From the IMG/VR virus record IMGVR_UViG_3300002171_000155, positions 1-27,207 of that record: a stretch of 27,207 nucleotides of DNA, one strand, 5' to 3'. The stretch's first letter is position 1. The number at the start of each line of letters is the position of its first letter. Below, in pieces: positions 9,175 through 18,408 of the stretch. Made by a program: the position numbers and the translations under genes. The notes below the pieces were generated by a model. The model ran no database searches. It was given only the letters and a program-made list of their open reading frames with translations, and was not told the origin of the DNA. The DNA comes from a virus. Taxonomy: Duplodnaviria > Caudoviricetes.

Positions 9175-9227
9175 GAGCGGCCCATAGCCGCATGATAGGG
9201 CAATAGCCCATAACGGGAGAGGTAAAA

Positions 9228-10775
9228 ATGAATCCCAAACTGAGAGCATTACTTTTGGCCAATGGTCTCCGCGCCGATGCCACCGAGGACCAGGCGTGGG
9301 CGTTCTGGGCCGATCTGCAGACACGCGGACTACAGTTCGAAGGCCCGGAACGGATTGAAATCGATGGGCAGCGCTCCGAACCTGCTGCCCCGGCAACTCC
9401 GCAGGCGGCACAAGGGCCAGCACCGTCCCCTGCCCCATTGCCGGCGCCGGCGAGTACCCGCGCCGATGACGGCTTCGCCCGGGCACTGGAGATCATGGAA
9501 TTGTGCAACCGGCACGGCATCGAGGGCGAACAGCGCCAAGCTCTGCTCAAGCCCGAGGTGACCCTGGACCAGGCCCGCTCCATCGTGCTGGACACACTGA
9601 CCCAACGCACTGCGGTGCATCATCCCGGTTTTGCTCCGGCGCCCCAGGTTGTGGTCGATGAGCGCGACAAGTTCCGGGCCGCCGCCTGCACCGGCCTGTT
9701 CCTGCGGTGCGGCCTGCCGCTTGAGGGCGAACGCGGATTGACCGTCGCCCTGGAGGGCTGTGGCTGGAAGGTGGACCGGGCGCGTGACGTGGGCCGGGAT
9801 TTCATCGGTTATTCCCTGCGGGAGATTGCCCGCGAATGCCTGCGCAAGGCCGGGCAGTCGGATGGTGGCGATCCCATGGAGATGATCGGCCGGGCCATGA
9901 CCGTGAGCGACCTGCCCGTCCTGATGAGCAACGTGGCCAACAAAGCCCTGTTCGAGGGGTATGCCGCCACCGACGAGACCTGGGAGATCTGGGCGGATGG
10001 CACCGGATCGGTTCCGGACTTCAAGCAGAATACCCTGGCCATGGTCTCGGAATTCGACGATCTGGACCAGATCAAGAACGACACCGGCTACAAATACGGG
10101 GATCGGGGCGATGCCAAGGAGGTGTATCAGATCGGCACTTTCGGCAAGCTCGCGGCGATCACCCGCACCACGATCATCAATGATGACCTCATGGCCATGG
10201 CCGACATGTACATGAGCATGGGCGAGGCCGCCAGCCGCAAGATCGGCGACTGCGCCTATGGCGTGCTCATCGCCAATGCCGCCATGCGCGACGGCAAGGC
10301 CTTGTTCCATGCCGACCACAAGAACCTCGGCACTCCGGGAGCGCTCGGTGAGGTCACAATCGCCGAGGCCATCAAACTGGCCGGGCTACAAAAAGGGCTC
10401 AAGAGCAAGCAGGCGCTGAACATCTCCCTGCAATACTTCATCGGCCCCAAGTCCATCGAGGGTTCGTCCGAGATCTTCTTCGCCTCGAATCAGTTTTCTT
10501 CAGACGACAAGGGCAGCACCCGCACCAACATCTACGGCGGCACCCGTTTCCAGCGGGCCTACGACGCCCGGCTCGATGAGGCCAGCCCGACCACTTATTA
10601 CTTTGCCGGTCCCAAGCGGAAAACCGTGCGCCTCTTCTTCCTCAACGGCAACCGTACACCCTGGCTGGAGGCCAAGACCGGTTGGACCACCGATGGGGTC
10701 GAGTACAAGGTCCGTATCGATGTGTGCGGTAAGGCCGTTGATTGGAAGTCCATGGTCAAGAACGCCGGAGGCTGA
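9228..10775 (+). CDS. Major capsid protein with N-terminal scaffold-like region (Mu gpT-like/HK97 fold)
   Basis: Strong RBS GGAGAGGT. Pro/Ala-rich linker, then 'SDLPVLMSNVANKAL', 'VPDFK', 'TFGK...ITR..IINDD', 'LFHADHKNL' and 'DGVEYKVRID'. Confidence 0.92.
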   Translation: MNPKLRALLLANGLRADATEDQAWAFWADLQTRGLQFEGPERIEIDGQRSEPAAPATPQAAQGPAPSPAPLPAPASTRADDGFARALEIMELCNRHGIEGEQRQALLKPEVTLDQARSIVLDTLTQRTAVHHPGFAPAPQVVVDERDKFRAAACTGLFLRCGLPLEGERGLTVALEGCGWKVDRARDVGRDFIGYSLREIARECLRKAGQSDGGDPMEMIGRAMTVSDLPVLMSNVANKALFEGYAATDETWEIWADGTGSVPDFKQNTLAMVSEFDDLDQIKNDTGYKYGDRGDAKEVYQIGTFGKLAAITRTTIINDDLMAMADMYMSMGEAASRKIGDCAYGVLIANAAMRDGKALFHADHKNLGTPGALGEVTIAEAIKLAGLQKGLKSKQALNISLQYFIGPKSIEGSSEIFFASNQFSSDDKGSTRTNIYGGTRFQRAYDARLDEASPTTYYFAGPKRKTVRLFFLNGNRTPWLEAKTGWTTDGVEYKVRIDVCGKAVDWKSMVKNAGG

Positions 10776-10828
10776 TCCGGATAACAACATGGGTGCGGTC
10801 TCCGCCGTGCCCGCAATGGAGAACAGTT

Positions 10829-11215
10829 ATGGAACGTAGAGGACTCGAGCCCGCCAAGCGGCTGGCCTATTTTGAATACGACTTCGCCGTCGATGGCGGC
10901 ACGATCGGGGATATTACCCTGCGCGGTGACAGCCTCCCCGAGGGGGCGGTGATCACCGGGGGAATGGTGCATGTCAAGACGACCTGCACCGGCGGTGCCT
11001 CGGCCTCGATTTCCCTGAAAGTGGAAAGCGCGGCCGATGTAATGGCGGCGACCACCATGGCCGGCATGGTCACCAATGCCCTGTTGGACGTGGAACCCGA
11101 TGGGACGGCAGCCCATGCGGTGCGGACCACGGAAAACGGTAGGCAGGTGGTGGCCACCATCGCCACGGCCGCCCTGACCGCCGGCAAGTTCATCGTGGCC
11201 CTGGAATACCTGTAA
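10829..11215 (+). CDS. Probable capsid decoration/cement protein
   Basis: GGAG RBS, ATG 10829. Beta-rich 128-aa protein directly after the capsid gene ('LPEGAVIT', 'TAGKFIVALEY'). Confidence 0.6.
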   Translation: MERRGLEPAKRLAYFEYDFAVDGGTIGDITLRGDSLPEGAVITGGMVHVKTTCTGGASASISLKVESAADVMAATTMAGMVTNALLDVEPDGTAAHAVRTTENGRQVVATIATAALTAGKFIVALEYL

Positions 11216-11218
11216 CCC

Positions 11219-11518
11219 ATGATCGATACCGACGAGACCCTGAGGTTTACCCTGGAGGATTTCGGAGTGGAGGCACTGGTCAATGGCGGGCCGAAGTCCA
11301 TCGTGGTGGATCCCTATCTGGACGGTTCGACCGAGTTCAACGGGGAAACCGTCGACCATTCCGGGCCGTTCGCCATTGCCTCCAGAGCCGATGTCGATGG
11401 TTTGGCCGCCGGCGACCACGGTGTCACGCTGACAATCAACGGGACCGACTACACCCTCCTGGCCATCGATCCGGATGGTCAGGGAGGGGCGGTGCTGAGT
11501 TTGGAGGAACAGCCATGA
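11219..11518 (+). CDS. Head-tail joining/closure protein (gpFII-like)
   Basis: 99 aa, 'EDFGVEA', 'LTINGTDYTLLAIDPDGQGGAVLSL', and position. Confidence 0.75.
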   Translation: MIDTDETLRFTLEDFGVEALVNGGPKSIVVDPYLDGSTEFNGETVDHSGPFAIASRADVDGLAAGDHGVTLTINGTDYTLLAIDPDGQGGAVLSLEEQP

Positions 11519-11937
11519 TGCGTGCCGATATCGTCAATTCTATCAAGGGATTGCTTGAGGCAACCGGTGTCTTTTCTTCTGTCTGCGGCATTGGAAGCGA
11601 AAAGCCGGGATACCCTTTGGTCAGGGTCTGGGCCAACGGTTGCCCGCAAACCAACATCGAGAACAGCCCCCGGGCGATGATTGACCTGCGGGTGGCGGTG
11701 CAAATCGAGACGCATCCGGTGTTGGACTCAAATGGAAACAGCGACGAAGCCGGTCTCTACGACTTGGTGGATAGCGCATTCAAGGCGCTGCACAATATGA
11801 AGTTGCCCGGTAAGGGGTCACTGCCCCTCATTGTGTTCGATCATCCGGGATTGAGCACCTACGAACAATCCAAGCCTTTGGTTTACCTGATACAGGTTTC
11901 TGTCCGGGTGGTTCCAGAGGCGTTTTCAACGATTTGA
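11515..11937 (+). CDS. Tail terminator/completion protein
   Basis: 140 aa between head closure and tail tube genes. 'GLYDLVDSAFKALHN' pattern. Confidence 0.6.
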   Translation: MMRADIVNSIKGLLEATGVFSSVCGIGSEKPGYPLVRVWANGCPQTNIENSPRAMIDLRVAVQIETHPVLDSNGNSDEAGLYDLVDSAFKALHNMKLPGKGSLPLIVFDHPGLSTYEQSKPLVYLIQVSVRVVPEAFSTI

Positions 11938-11964
11938 TCAAGGCAGATTGCCTGGAGGTAACCT

Positions 11965-12702
11965 ATGGAACGCACACAACAAGGCATAATCCTTGGCGGG
12001 GATCTGTACTTCGACTTTATGACCGCCGCCGGCGTCTCGACCGGCTTCGAGCTGGTCGGCAACGCCACCAAGCTGGTCCCCAAGGTCGAGACCGAGACCA
12101 TCGACGCCAAGCTCAACGGCAAGCTCACCCTGGGGCAGACCGGTAAATCCTACACCAAGATCTCGGATGCCACGATCTCCTTCTCGATGAACATCTACGA
12201 TCCCAAGATCGTGGCTGCCTACTTCATGGGCTCGGCGGTGGATATCACGGCGGCCTCCGGAGCCTACACGGCGACGATCACCGGCATCCTCGACAAGTGG
12301 GTTGATCTCGGCCACCTCGACCTGACCACTTGTGTGGTTAAGGATGCGACCGACACCACCACCTACGTTGCCGGCACCGATTACGAGGTCAACACCGGCC
12401 TGGGCATGATCAAGGTGATCAGCGCGGCCATTGATGGCGACGAACTGCACATCAGCGGCAACAAGGCGGCCCAGTCCGGGATCAAGATCACCGGCGCCAC
12501 CTCGCCGATCATCAATGTCGGCCTCTACCTCGACGGCAAGAACTATGTCGAGGGGACCGAGGTCAAACTGCGGGTCTGGCAGGCCCAGATCAGGGCTGAG
12601 GGGGATTTCGACCTACTCGCCCAGGGCGGCTTCCCCGAGCTGTCCTTTTCCGGCAAGATGCTGACCCCGGCCGGCAAGACGTACCCGTTCGAGTTGCGGT
12701 GA
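11965..12702 (+). CDS. Major tail tube protein
   Basis: GGAGGT RBS. 'GGDLYF', 'VGNATKL', 'YVAGTDYEVN..GMI', 'ELSFSGKMLTP'. Strongly biased codon use; lies upstream of chaperone and TMP. Confidence 0.85.
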   Translation: MERTQQGIILGGDLYFDFMTAAGVSTGFELVGNATKLVPKVETETIDAKLNGKLTLGQTGKSYTKISDATISFSMNIYDPKIVAAYFMGSAVDITAASGAYTATITGILDKWVDLGHLDLTTCVVKDATDTTTYVAGTDYEVNTGLGMIKVISAAIDGDELHISGNKAAQSGIKITGATSPIINVGLYLDGKNYVEGTEVKLRVWQAQIRAEGDFDLLAQGGFPELSFSGKMLTPAGKTYPFELR

Positions 12703-12780
12703 TTTTGTCGATCAAAAATAGCCGTCGATGAGACGCAAGCTGATTTGTGTCTCACCGATGCATCACAATGAGGAGCACCG

Positions 12781-13152
12781 ATGCAAAAAGTAAAAGTTAT
12801 CGAGATCGGACCAGAGTCGCATCGCAAGTCGTTCACCCTCAAGGAGCTGAACACCAGGGTGGTGTGGGATCTGCTGAACAATGAGCAAGGCAAAGGGTCC
12901 GCCCTCTTTGTCGACCGTTTCCGGCACCTGATGGGCCTGGCCTGCCCGGAACTGACCCAGGAGGTATTACTCGATCTCTACCCATCGGAGATTGAGGAGC
13001 TGTGGCAAGGATTCGAGGAGGTGAACGCCGCTTTTTTGGGGTGGGTGCGCCGGATCGGCCTGGATCGGGCGCTGATCGACGCGGTGGCCGAGGTCGTGAA
13101 GACCTCGATCGGGCAATTTGCCGCCTTATTACCACCGGGCACGGTCCAATAG
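12781..13152 (+). CDS. Tail assembly chaperone (gpG-like)
   Basis: GAGGAG RBS; between tube and TMP; contains slippery heptamer T TTT TTG at 13032-13038. Confidence 0.8.
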   Translation: MQKVKVIEIGPESHRKSFTLKELNTRVVWDLLNNEQGKGSALFVDRFRHLMGLACPELTQEVLLDLYPSEIEELWQGFEEVNAAFLGWVRRIGLDRALIDAVAEVVKTSIGQFAALLPPGTVQ

Positions 13153-13217
13153 TGTGGGAGTATGGGTTCGGGTTTTTCCTGACCGCTCTCAAGGCGATGG
13201 GTGAGGTCACGGCATGA
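13032..13217 (+). CDS. -1 frameshift extension of tail assembly chaperone (gpT-like part of a gpGT product)
   Basis: The -1 frame is open across the slippery site to TGA 13215-13217. It encodes 'LDRAICRLITTGHGPIVWEYGFGFFLTALKAM' and has no evident ATG/RBS of its own. Confidence 0.7.
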   Translation, partial: FFGVGAPDRPGSGADRRGGRGREDLDRAICRLITTGHGPIVWEYGFGFFLTALKAMGEVTA

Positions 13218-13383
13218 GCAGCTTGAAGAAAGCGATCACTCCTCGGGCGGCGATCATCGCCAGCGGTACCCCGAACACGACCGCAAACACCAGCAATTTG
13301 CTGGGTTGTAACGCGTCCAGGCCAAAATAGGCAAGCGGCCCGGCAAGTACGATCAGGAGCAGGATACAAAGGTCACGGCTCAT
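13207..13383 (-). CDS. Antisense two-TM membrane microprotein (58 aa), moron-like
   Basis: MSRDLCILLLIVLAGPLAYFGLDALQPSKLLVFAVVFGVPLAMIAARGVIAFFKLLMP exactly fills the gap between the chaperone extension and TMP. Two hydrophobic stretches; no clear RBS. Confidence 0.55.
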   Translation of the reverse strand: MSRDLCILLLIVLAGPLAYFGLDALQPSKLLVFAVVFGVPLAMIAARGVIAFFKLLMP

Positions 13384-16300
13384 GGCGAATCGCAGCAAAA
13401 TAGAGGTTGTCCTTTCGGCGATCACTCAAGGGTTTGAGAGTAGATTACGCTCAGCCACCACCGCTGTCAAGGGGTTGGGCGATTCGGCCATGCAGGCGGA
13501 GCGCGGCGGGTTGTCTGCCGCAAGGCGCGGGGTGCTGTCCATCTCCAACCAGTTGGAGAACCTGCGTAATGCCGCTGTCGCCGCCTTCTCGGTCAATGCG
13601 GTGCGGGGGTACGCCGCCCAGTTCGTGTCTACCGCCGACGCCATGCGTAACATGGATCAGCGGCTCTTGCTCACCGCCAAGAACACCAATGACTATGCGG
13701 CGGCACAGAAAACCGTGGCCGATGTGGCCGCCGCCTCACACCAGGGGCTGGCAGAGGTTTCCACCCTCTACACCAGAATGGCGCTGGCAACCGCCAACCT
13801 CAACGTCAGTCAGCAAGAACTGGCCGAGGTGACCCGTACCGTTGCCTTGGCAACTGCTCTCTCCGGGTCGTCGGCCAGCGAGGCCAGCGCCGGGTTGCAG
13901 CAATTTGCCCAGGCCATGGCCTCGAACCGTTTGGGCGGTGACGAGTTGCGCTCGGTCCTGGAAAACATGCCCCTGCTTACCAAGGTCTTCGTTGACGCCG
14001 CCGGCGGATCCATTGCCACGCTGCGCGAAATGGCGGAAAAGGGCGAGTTGACAACCCAATGGATGATCGACGCCATCAAGGCGGCCAAGGAGACCATTGA
14101 GGCCCAGGCAGCAGCTATTCCGCTGACCGTGGGCCGGGCCATGACCGATCTGCGCAACGAGGCTTCAAAATATGTCACCTCGGTCGATCAGACCACCGGC
14201 GCCACCGATACGCTGGCCGTCTCTATCCAGTGGCTCGGGCAGAACCTCGACATGGTGGCCAAGGGTGGGGCCATGGCTTTGGCCATTGCGCTTTCGATTC
14301 TGGCAGGGAGAGGCTTGGCCGCTGCTGCCGCTGGTGTCGGCAGTTTTGTTGGACGGCTTGGAGCATTGAGCATTGCCGCGACCGCCAGCGGCACCGCCGT
14401 GTCTTCCGCTGCTGCATATATGAGCGGATCGTATACCGCCGCGACGACCACCGCCGCAGCTGCTACCGCATCCCGCCTGATGCCCGCCCTGCTTGGTCTT
14501 GTCAATCCGATCACGGCCATCACCACCGTGCTCGGCATCGGTGCTGCCGCCTGGGCCTTATGGGCCGAGAAGGCCAACGACGCGGTTGGTGATGCCGAGA
14601 AGCGCCTGGCGGAGATCAAGCGCATCAATCAGATGCTCAAGGAGCAATCCGATCCGGGTATCAAGCTGCAAGAAGCCTCGGCCCGAATCATCCAGAGCAA
14701 GGCTGAGGTTGCCAAGCTGGAGCAGGAGTTGCGCGAGGTGTATTCCGGCGAGGGCATTGGCGATCTGAACGCCGACATTAAGCTAGCCGAGGCCAAGCTG
14801 GAACGGTCCAAGAAAACGCTTGCCCTCCATGAGCAGGAATACGAGGCCGTTCAGGAGAATATCAAGATTTCCGCCGAGCAGCGCGGGGCCAAGGAAATCG
14901 CGGTGGAGTTGTCGGTCACCGACGAGATCAAGAAGCAAAACGAAGAGCGCCGCAAGATCACCGCATCACAGTTGGAAAACGACCTGGCCGAGATTGAACA
15001 AAAACGGCAGGCCGAACTGAAGGCCAGCGAATCGCGTTTTCAAGGTGAGGATCGGGTGCGGGTACAGCAGGCCATCAACGCCCGTTTCGATACCGCCGCC
15101 GCCCAGGCCAAAAAGGAAGCGGCCGAAGCCGAATCAAAGAAAGCGGATGCCGCTGCCCGCAAGGCCGAGGCCGAGGCCAAACGCCGCGAGCGGGAGATGC
15201 TGAAAGAGGAGAGGCTCCAAGGCAAGATCGATATCGAGAAGCTGCGTGCCCAGAGCGAGGCCAACATCCTGGCGCTCGAAGAGCAAAAGATTGCCGCTGA
15301 AAACAGCGGGTCCGAATTGGAGCGCGCGGAAAAGCTGTTGAAGATCAACGAGAAGATCCATCAGGAAAAGCTGGATTTGCTCGAAGCTGAAAAGAAGCGG
15401 ATCAGCGAGGACCCGAGCAAGAGCGAGGCCGATGTCATCCGGGCAGAGTCCGCGATCCTCAAGGAGAAGATAGCCGGAATTCAGCAGAAACACCGCGACC
15501 TGGCCGATATCGCCCAGGCCAGCCTGACAGAGGTCGAAGAGGCATGGCGGAGCGGGACCGCCTCGGTGAATCAGTATATCGCCGCCCTCGAAGCCGCGAA
15601 CAAGGCCGGAGTGCTGACCGACAAGCAGCTAAAAGAGAAAAAGATCGGCGCAGGTGACAACATGTGGGCCGCCTTTGGGCAAGGCATCTCCAATGCTCGA
15701 GCACGCATGCAGTCCGATGGCGAGATGATGATCTATATCGGCGAGAACATCGGAAACCAAATCTCCGATGGCCTAGTCTCTGCCTGGGACAGTTTCATCA
15801 CCAGATCGAAATCCGCCAAGGAGGCTCTGGTCGATTTCGCACGCTCCACCATCTCCTGGCTCTCCCAGGTGATCCTCAAGCAAATGCTCATGAGCGCCCT
15901 GATGGGCGCGCCCGGAACCACCGGAGGCGGCCTGTTCGGCATGCTCGGCCTTGCTGACGGTGGCGCGGTGCAGGCCCTGGCCAGCGGCGGCTCGGTCGCG
16001 GGCAGGAGCCCGTCCAAGACCGCCGACAATATCCCCATCTGGGCCACGGCCGGCGAGTTTATGCAGCCGGTGCGCGCGGTCGATTACTACGGCCTAGCCT
16101 TCATGGAGCGCATCCGCCAGCTCCAGTTTCCACGTCACATCGCCCACGCCCTGGCCGGCGGCACCATCCCGTCTATCCCCTCGGGCTTTCGCCTCGCCCA
16201 GGGTGGTGCGGTTCCCGGTCAAGCTCCTGCTACCACGGTCAAGGCCGGCGACACCAGGCTGCGGGTCATCAACGTGCTCGACCGCAACATGGTGGGCGAC

Positions 16301-16387
16301 TACTTGCGGACCGCCGACGGCGAGACCGCCATCATCAACATGATCCGCCGCAACGGCTCCACCGTCAACACTATCCTCGGAAGGTAG
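13382..16387 (+). CDS. Tail tape measure protein
   Basis: 1001 aa, Ala-rich and helical. Tape-measure N-terminal motif 'QFAQAMASNRLGGDELRSVLEN...LREMAEKGELT', central hydrophobic segments, long charged coiled coil, C-terminal 'ASGGSV...DNIPIWATAGEF'. Confidence 0.95.
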   Translation: MANRSKIEVVLSAITQGFESRLRSATTAVKGLGDSAMQAERGGLSAARRGVLSISNQLENLRNAAVAAFSVNAVRGYAAQFVSTADAMRNMDQRLLLTAKNTNDYAAAQKTVADVAAASHQGLAEVSTLYTRMALATANLNVSQQELAEVTRTVALATALSGSSASEASAGLQQFAQAMASNRLGGDELRSVLENMPLLTKVFVDAAGGSIATLREMAEKGELTTQWMIDAIKAAKETIEAQAAAIPLTVGRAMTDLRNEASKYVTSVDQTTGATDTLAVSIQWLGQNLDMVAKGGAMALAIALSILAGRGLAAAAAGVGSFVGRLGALSIAATASGTAVSSAAAYMSGSYTAATTTAAAATASRLMPALLGLVNPITAITTVLGIGAAAWALWAEKANDAVGDAEKRLAEIKRINQMLKEQSDPGIKLQEASARIIQSKAEVAKLEQELREVYSGEGIGDLNADIKLAEAKLERSKKTLALHEQEYEAVQENIKISAEQRGAKEIAVELSVTDEIKKQNEERRKITASQLENDLAEIEQKRQAELKASESRFQGEDRVRVQQAINARFDTAAAQAKKEAAEAESKKADAAARKAEAEAKRREREMLKEERLQGKIDIEKLRAQSEANILALEEQKIAAENSGSELERAEKLLKINEKIHQEKLDLLEAEKKRISEDPSKSEADVIRAESAILKEKIAGIQQKHRDLADIAQASLTEVEEAWRSGTASVNQYIAALEAANKAGVLTDKQLKEKKIGAGDNMWAAFGQGISNARARMQSDGEMMIYIGENIGNQISDGLVSAWDSFITRSKSAKEALVDFARSTISWLSQVILKQMLMSALMGAPGTTGGGLFGMLGLADGGAVQALASGGSVAGRSPSKTADNIPIWATAGEFMQPVRAVDYYGLAFMERIRQLQFPRHIAHALAGGTIPSIPSGFRLAQGGAVPGQAPATTVKAGDTRLRVINVLDRNMVGDYLRTADGETAIINMIRRNGSTVNTILGR

Positions 16388-16390
16388 ACC

Positions 16391-17239
16391 ATGGCCTACA
16401 CCAGCGGCACCGCCGCCAACTACAAAGACCTCCTCGCCATCCTGGCCACCTTCGCCGCCGCCAATGGGTGGTCGATCCTGGAGCAGAGTGCCACCAGGGT
16501 CTATTTCAAGGGAACCGGCCTGGCGGGCCTTGATGAAATCTACTGTGGCATTGAAACATACGAGGTCCCGGCCAGTGGTATCTACAACTGGGAACTGATG
16601 GGATCATGGGGGTGGCGCTCGGGAAGAAACCTGGAAGCGCATCCCAGGTCAAGCGGGGACGACAAGGTTTTCTTGTATCTGTGGAACTCGTCCATTCCGT
16701 ACCGGATGGTCGCCACGCCACGGAGAATCATCATGGTGGCCAAGGTCAGCACGGTCTACCAGTTCCTGCATTTGGGATTGATCAACCCGATAGGCACGGA
16801 TGCCCAGTATCCCTATCCTCTTTTGATCGGCGGATGCGGGTACAGCAAGAACCAGAATTACACGATGACGGGCGCTTCTAACGCGGCCTTCTGGGGCAAC
16901 CAGGGGCAGGCGGCCATGCTGTCTTTTCCAGGTGGGTATTGGGGATACAGCTTCAATATCGGCAGCGCCGGCCAGCAATCCTTCAGGGTGTTGTCGTTCC
17001 ACGAAGGGTACAACACCAATATCTATCCGGCTCTTGACGGGTCATACATGCTGGAGCCTTTCTACCTGGTCGACTACAACCGATCAAGCATCTACGGCAA
17101 CATCGATGGACTGTATCGTCTTTCCGGATACAACAACACTCCGGAGAATATCGTCACTGTTTCCGGCGTCAATTACATGGTTTTCCCCGATGTGTACCGC
17201 CTGACCGTGGATGCCTTCTGCGCCTTGAGGATGAATTGA
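16391..17239 (+). CDS. Virion structural/baseplate protein, candidate receptor-binding subunit
   Basis: 'MAYTSGTA..YKDLL...NGW', 'YPYPLLIGG', 'YGNIDGLY..SG' and 'VFPDVYR' resemble the first post-TMP protein of D3112/MP22-like phages (from recall, not searched). Confidence 0.7.
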   Translation: MAYTSGTAANYKDLLAILATFAAANGWSILEQSATRVYFKGTGLAGLDEIYCGIETYEVPASGIYNWELMGSWGWRSGRNLEAHPRSSGDDKVFLYLWNSSIPYRMVATPRRIIMVAKVSTVYQFLHLGLINPIGTDAQYPYPLLIGGCGYSKNQNYTMTGASNAAFWGNQGQAAMLSFPGGYWGYSFNIGSAGQQSFRVLSFHEGYNTNIYPALDGSYMLEPFYLVDYNRSSIYGNIDGLYRLSGYNNTPENIVTVSGVNYMVFPDVYRLTVDAFCALRMN

Positions 17240-18069
17240 TGGCTCTCTATCAAAATACCACCTTTGCAACGACCAATCAGCTTGTCACCGACATCAAGAA
17301 TTTCCTGTCCACAAACGGATGGACGATTGACCTGGATACAACCTATGGCAGTTACAACCGGATCCATATTCACAAGGGTGGAAACCATTTTGAAATATAT
17401 GGAACCTCGACAGCAGCCATCACCATGTATGCCTGTACCGGCTACAACTCGGGCAGCGCCCCGAATGCGCAGCCGGGTGTCAGCTATCAAAAAAACTTTG
17501 GCTATTTGGCTACCGGCTCTCTCGTCTGCCTGGTGAGCTGCGGCAACTCCGCCTATTTTGGGGCCACGTATAACGGCCCGACCGGGACGTGGATGTGGGC
17601 GATGATTGGGACTGTCGAGACCAAGTTCGGGGCATGGAACGGCGGGCAGTTGGCTGTAGGAATTGCGGGCACCACCTGTTTTGGCACGAACATAGGCAAC
17701 AGCTCCGGCGGATGCGGGCAGGTGTGGATTGAGGGCGCATGGAGTCACACGCCCTCAACCAGCCTTGTTGTCAATGGGATCTATGCCTTGTGGTCGAGTG
17801 CCGTCTCCTTGACTTCAAAAGGCCCGAATGACTTCAATGCGGCGATTGTCCCGTTCCCCATTGTTCTTTTCCGGATTAACGCCTCCACCACCTCGTTTTA
17901 CCATCCATTAGGCTACTTGCCCGGAATCTATAATGTCAGAGCCGGCGACCTGTACTCTATCGGCGATATCATTGTCACCGGCGCCGACCAATACCTGTTG
18001 ATGCCGGCAAACGCCGCAGGGCTCAACCAAGGCAACGGATACGACTTCCTCTTCAAGCTGTCTGCATAG
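17239..18069 (+). CDS. Virion structural/baseplate protein, paralog-like to upstream gene
   Basis: TGATG overlap. Similar N-terminus ('LVTDIKNFLSTNGWT'), C-terminal 'PLGYLPGI...GDII..GADQYLLMP'. Gly/Asn/Thr-rich. Confidence 0.7.
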   Translation: MALYQNTTFATTNQLVTDIKNFLSTNGWTIDLDTTYGSYNRIHIHKGGNHFEIYGTSTAAITMYACTGYNSGSAPNAQPGVSYQKNFGYLATGSLVCLVSCGNSAYFGATYNGPTGTWMWAMIGTVETKFGAWNGGQLAVGIAGTTCFGTNIGNSSGGCGQVWIEGAWSHTPSTSLVVNGIYALWSSAVSLTSKGPNDFNAAIVPFPIVLFRINASTTSFYHPLGYLPGIYNVRAGDLYSIGDIIVTGADQYLLMPANAAGLNQGNGYDFLFKLSA

Positions 18070-18078
18070 GAGAACATC

Positions 18079-18405
18079 ATGGCATTGCAATCAGTGGCCT
18101 ATGGCTCGCAGGCGGCCACCATTTCCACCGAGCACTCATTGACCCAACAAACCGGAATCGGCATCTACGTTTTGCTGGTCGATACATCGGCCATGCAGTC
18201 CGGCGATACCGTGGCGCTCAAGATCAAGACCAAGCGGCACACCGGCGACAGTTCGGTCTTGGCCTACACCTTCACCTTCACCGGGGTACAGACCGAGCCC
18301 AACAAATACAGCGTGCCGGTGCCGATCGACACCGAGATTATCTGCACTCTCGCCCAGACCGCCGGCACGGGCCGGACCTTCCCCTGGAAGTTGTTGAGAG
18401 CGTAA
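18079..18405 (+). CDS. Hypothetical beta-rich virion-associated protein (108 aa)
   Basis: AGGAG RBS; Thr-rich beta-strand pattern; inside the tail operon. Confidence 0.7.
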   Translation: MALQSVAYGSQAATISTEHSLTQQTGIGIYVLLVDTSAMQSGDTVALKIKTKRHTGDSSVLAYTFTFTGVQTEPNKYSVPVPIDTEIICTLAQTAGTGRTFPWKLLRA

Positions 18406-18408
18406 GCG

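Noticed and set aside
9174-9228. Protease-capsid fusion by readthrough
   Set aside because: The genes are in different frames, there is no slippery site, and the capsid gene has its own strong RBS.
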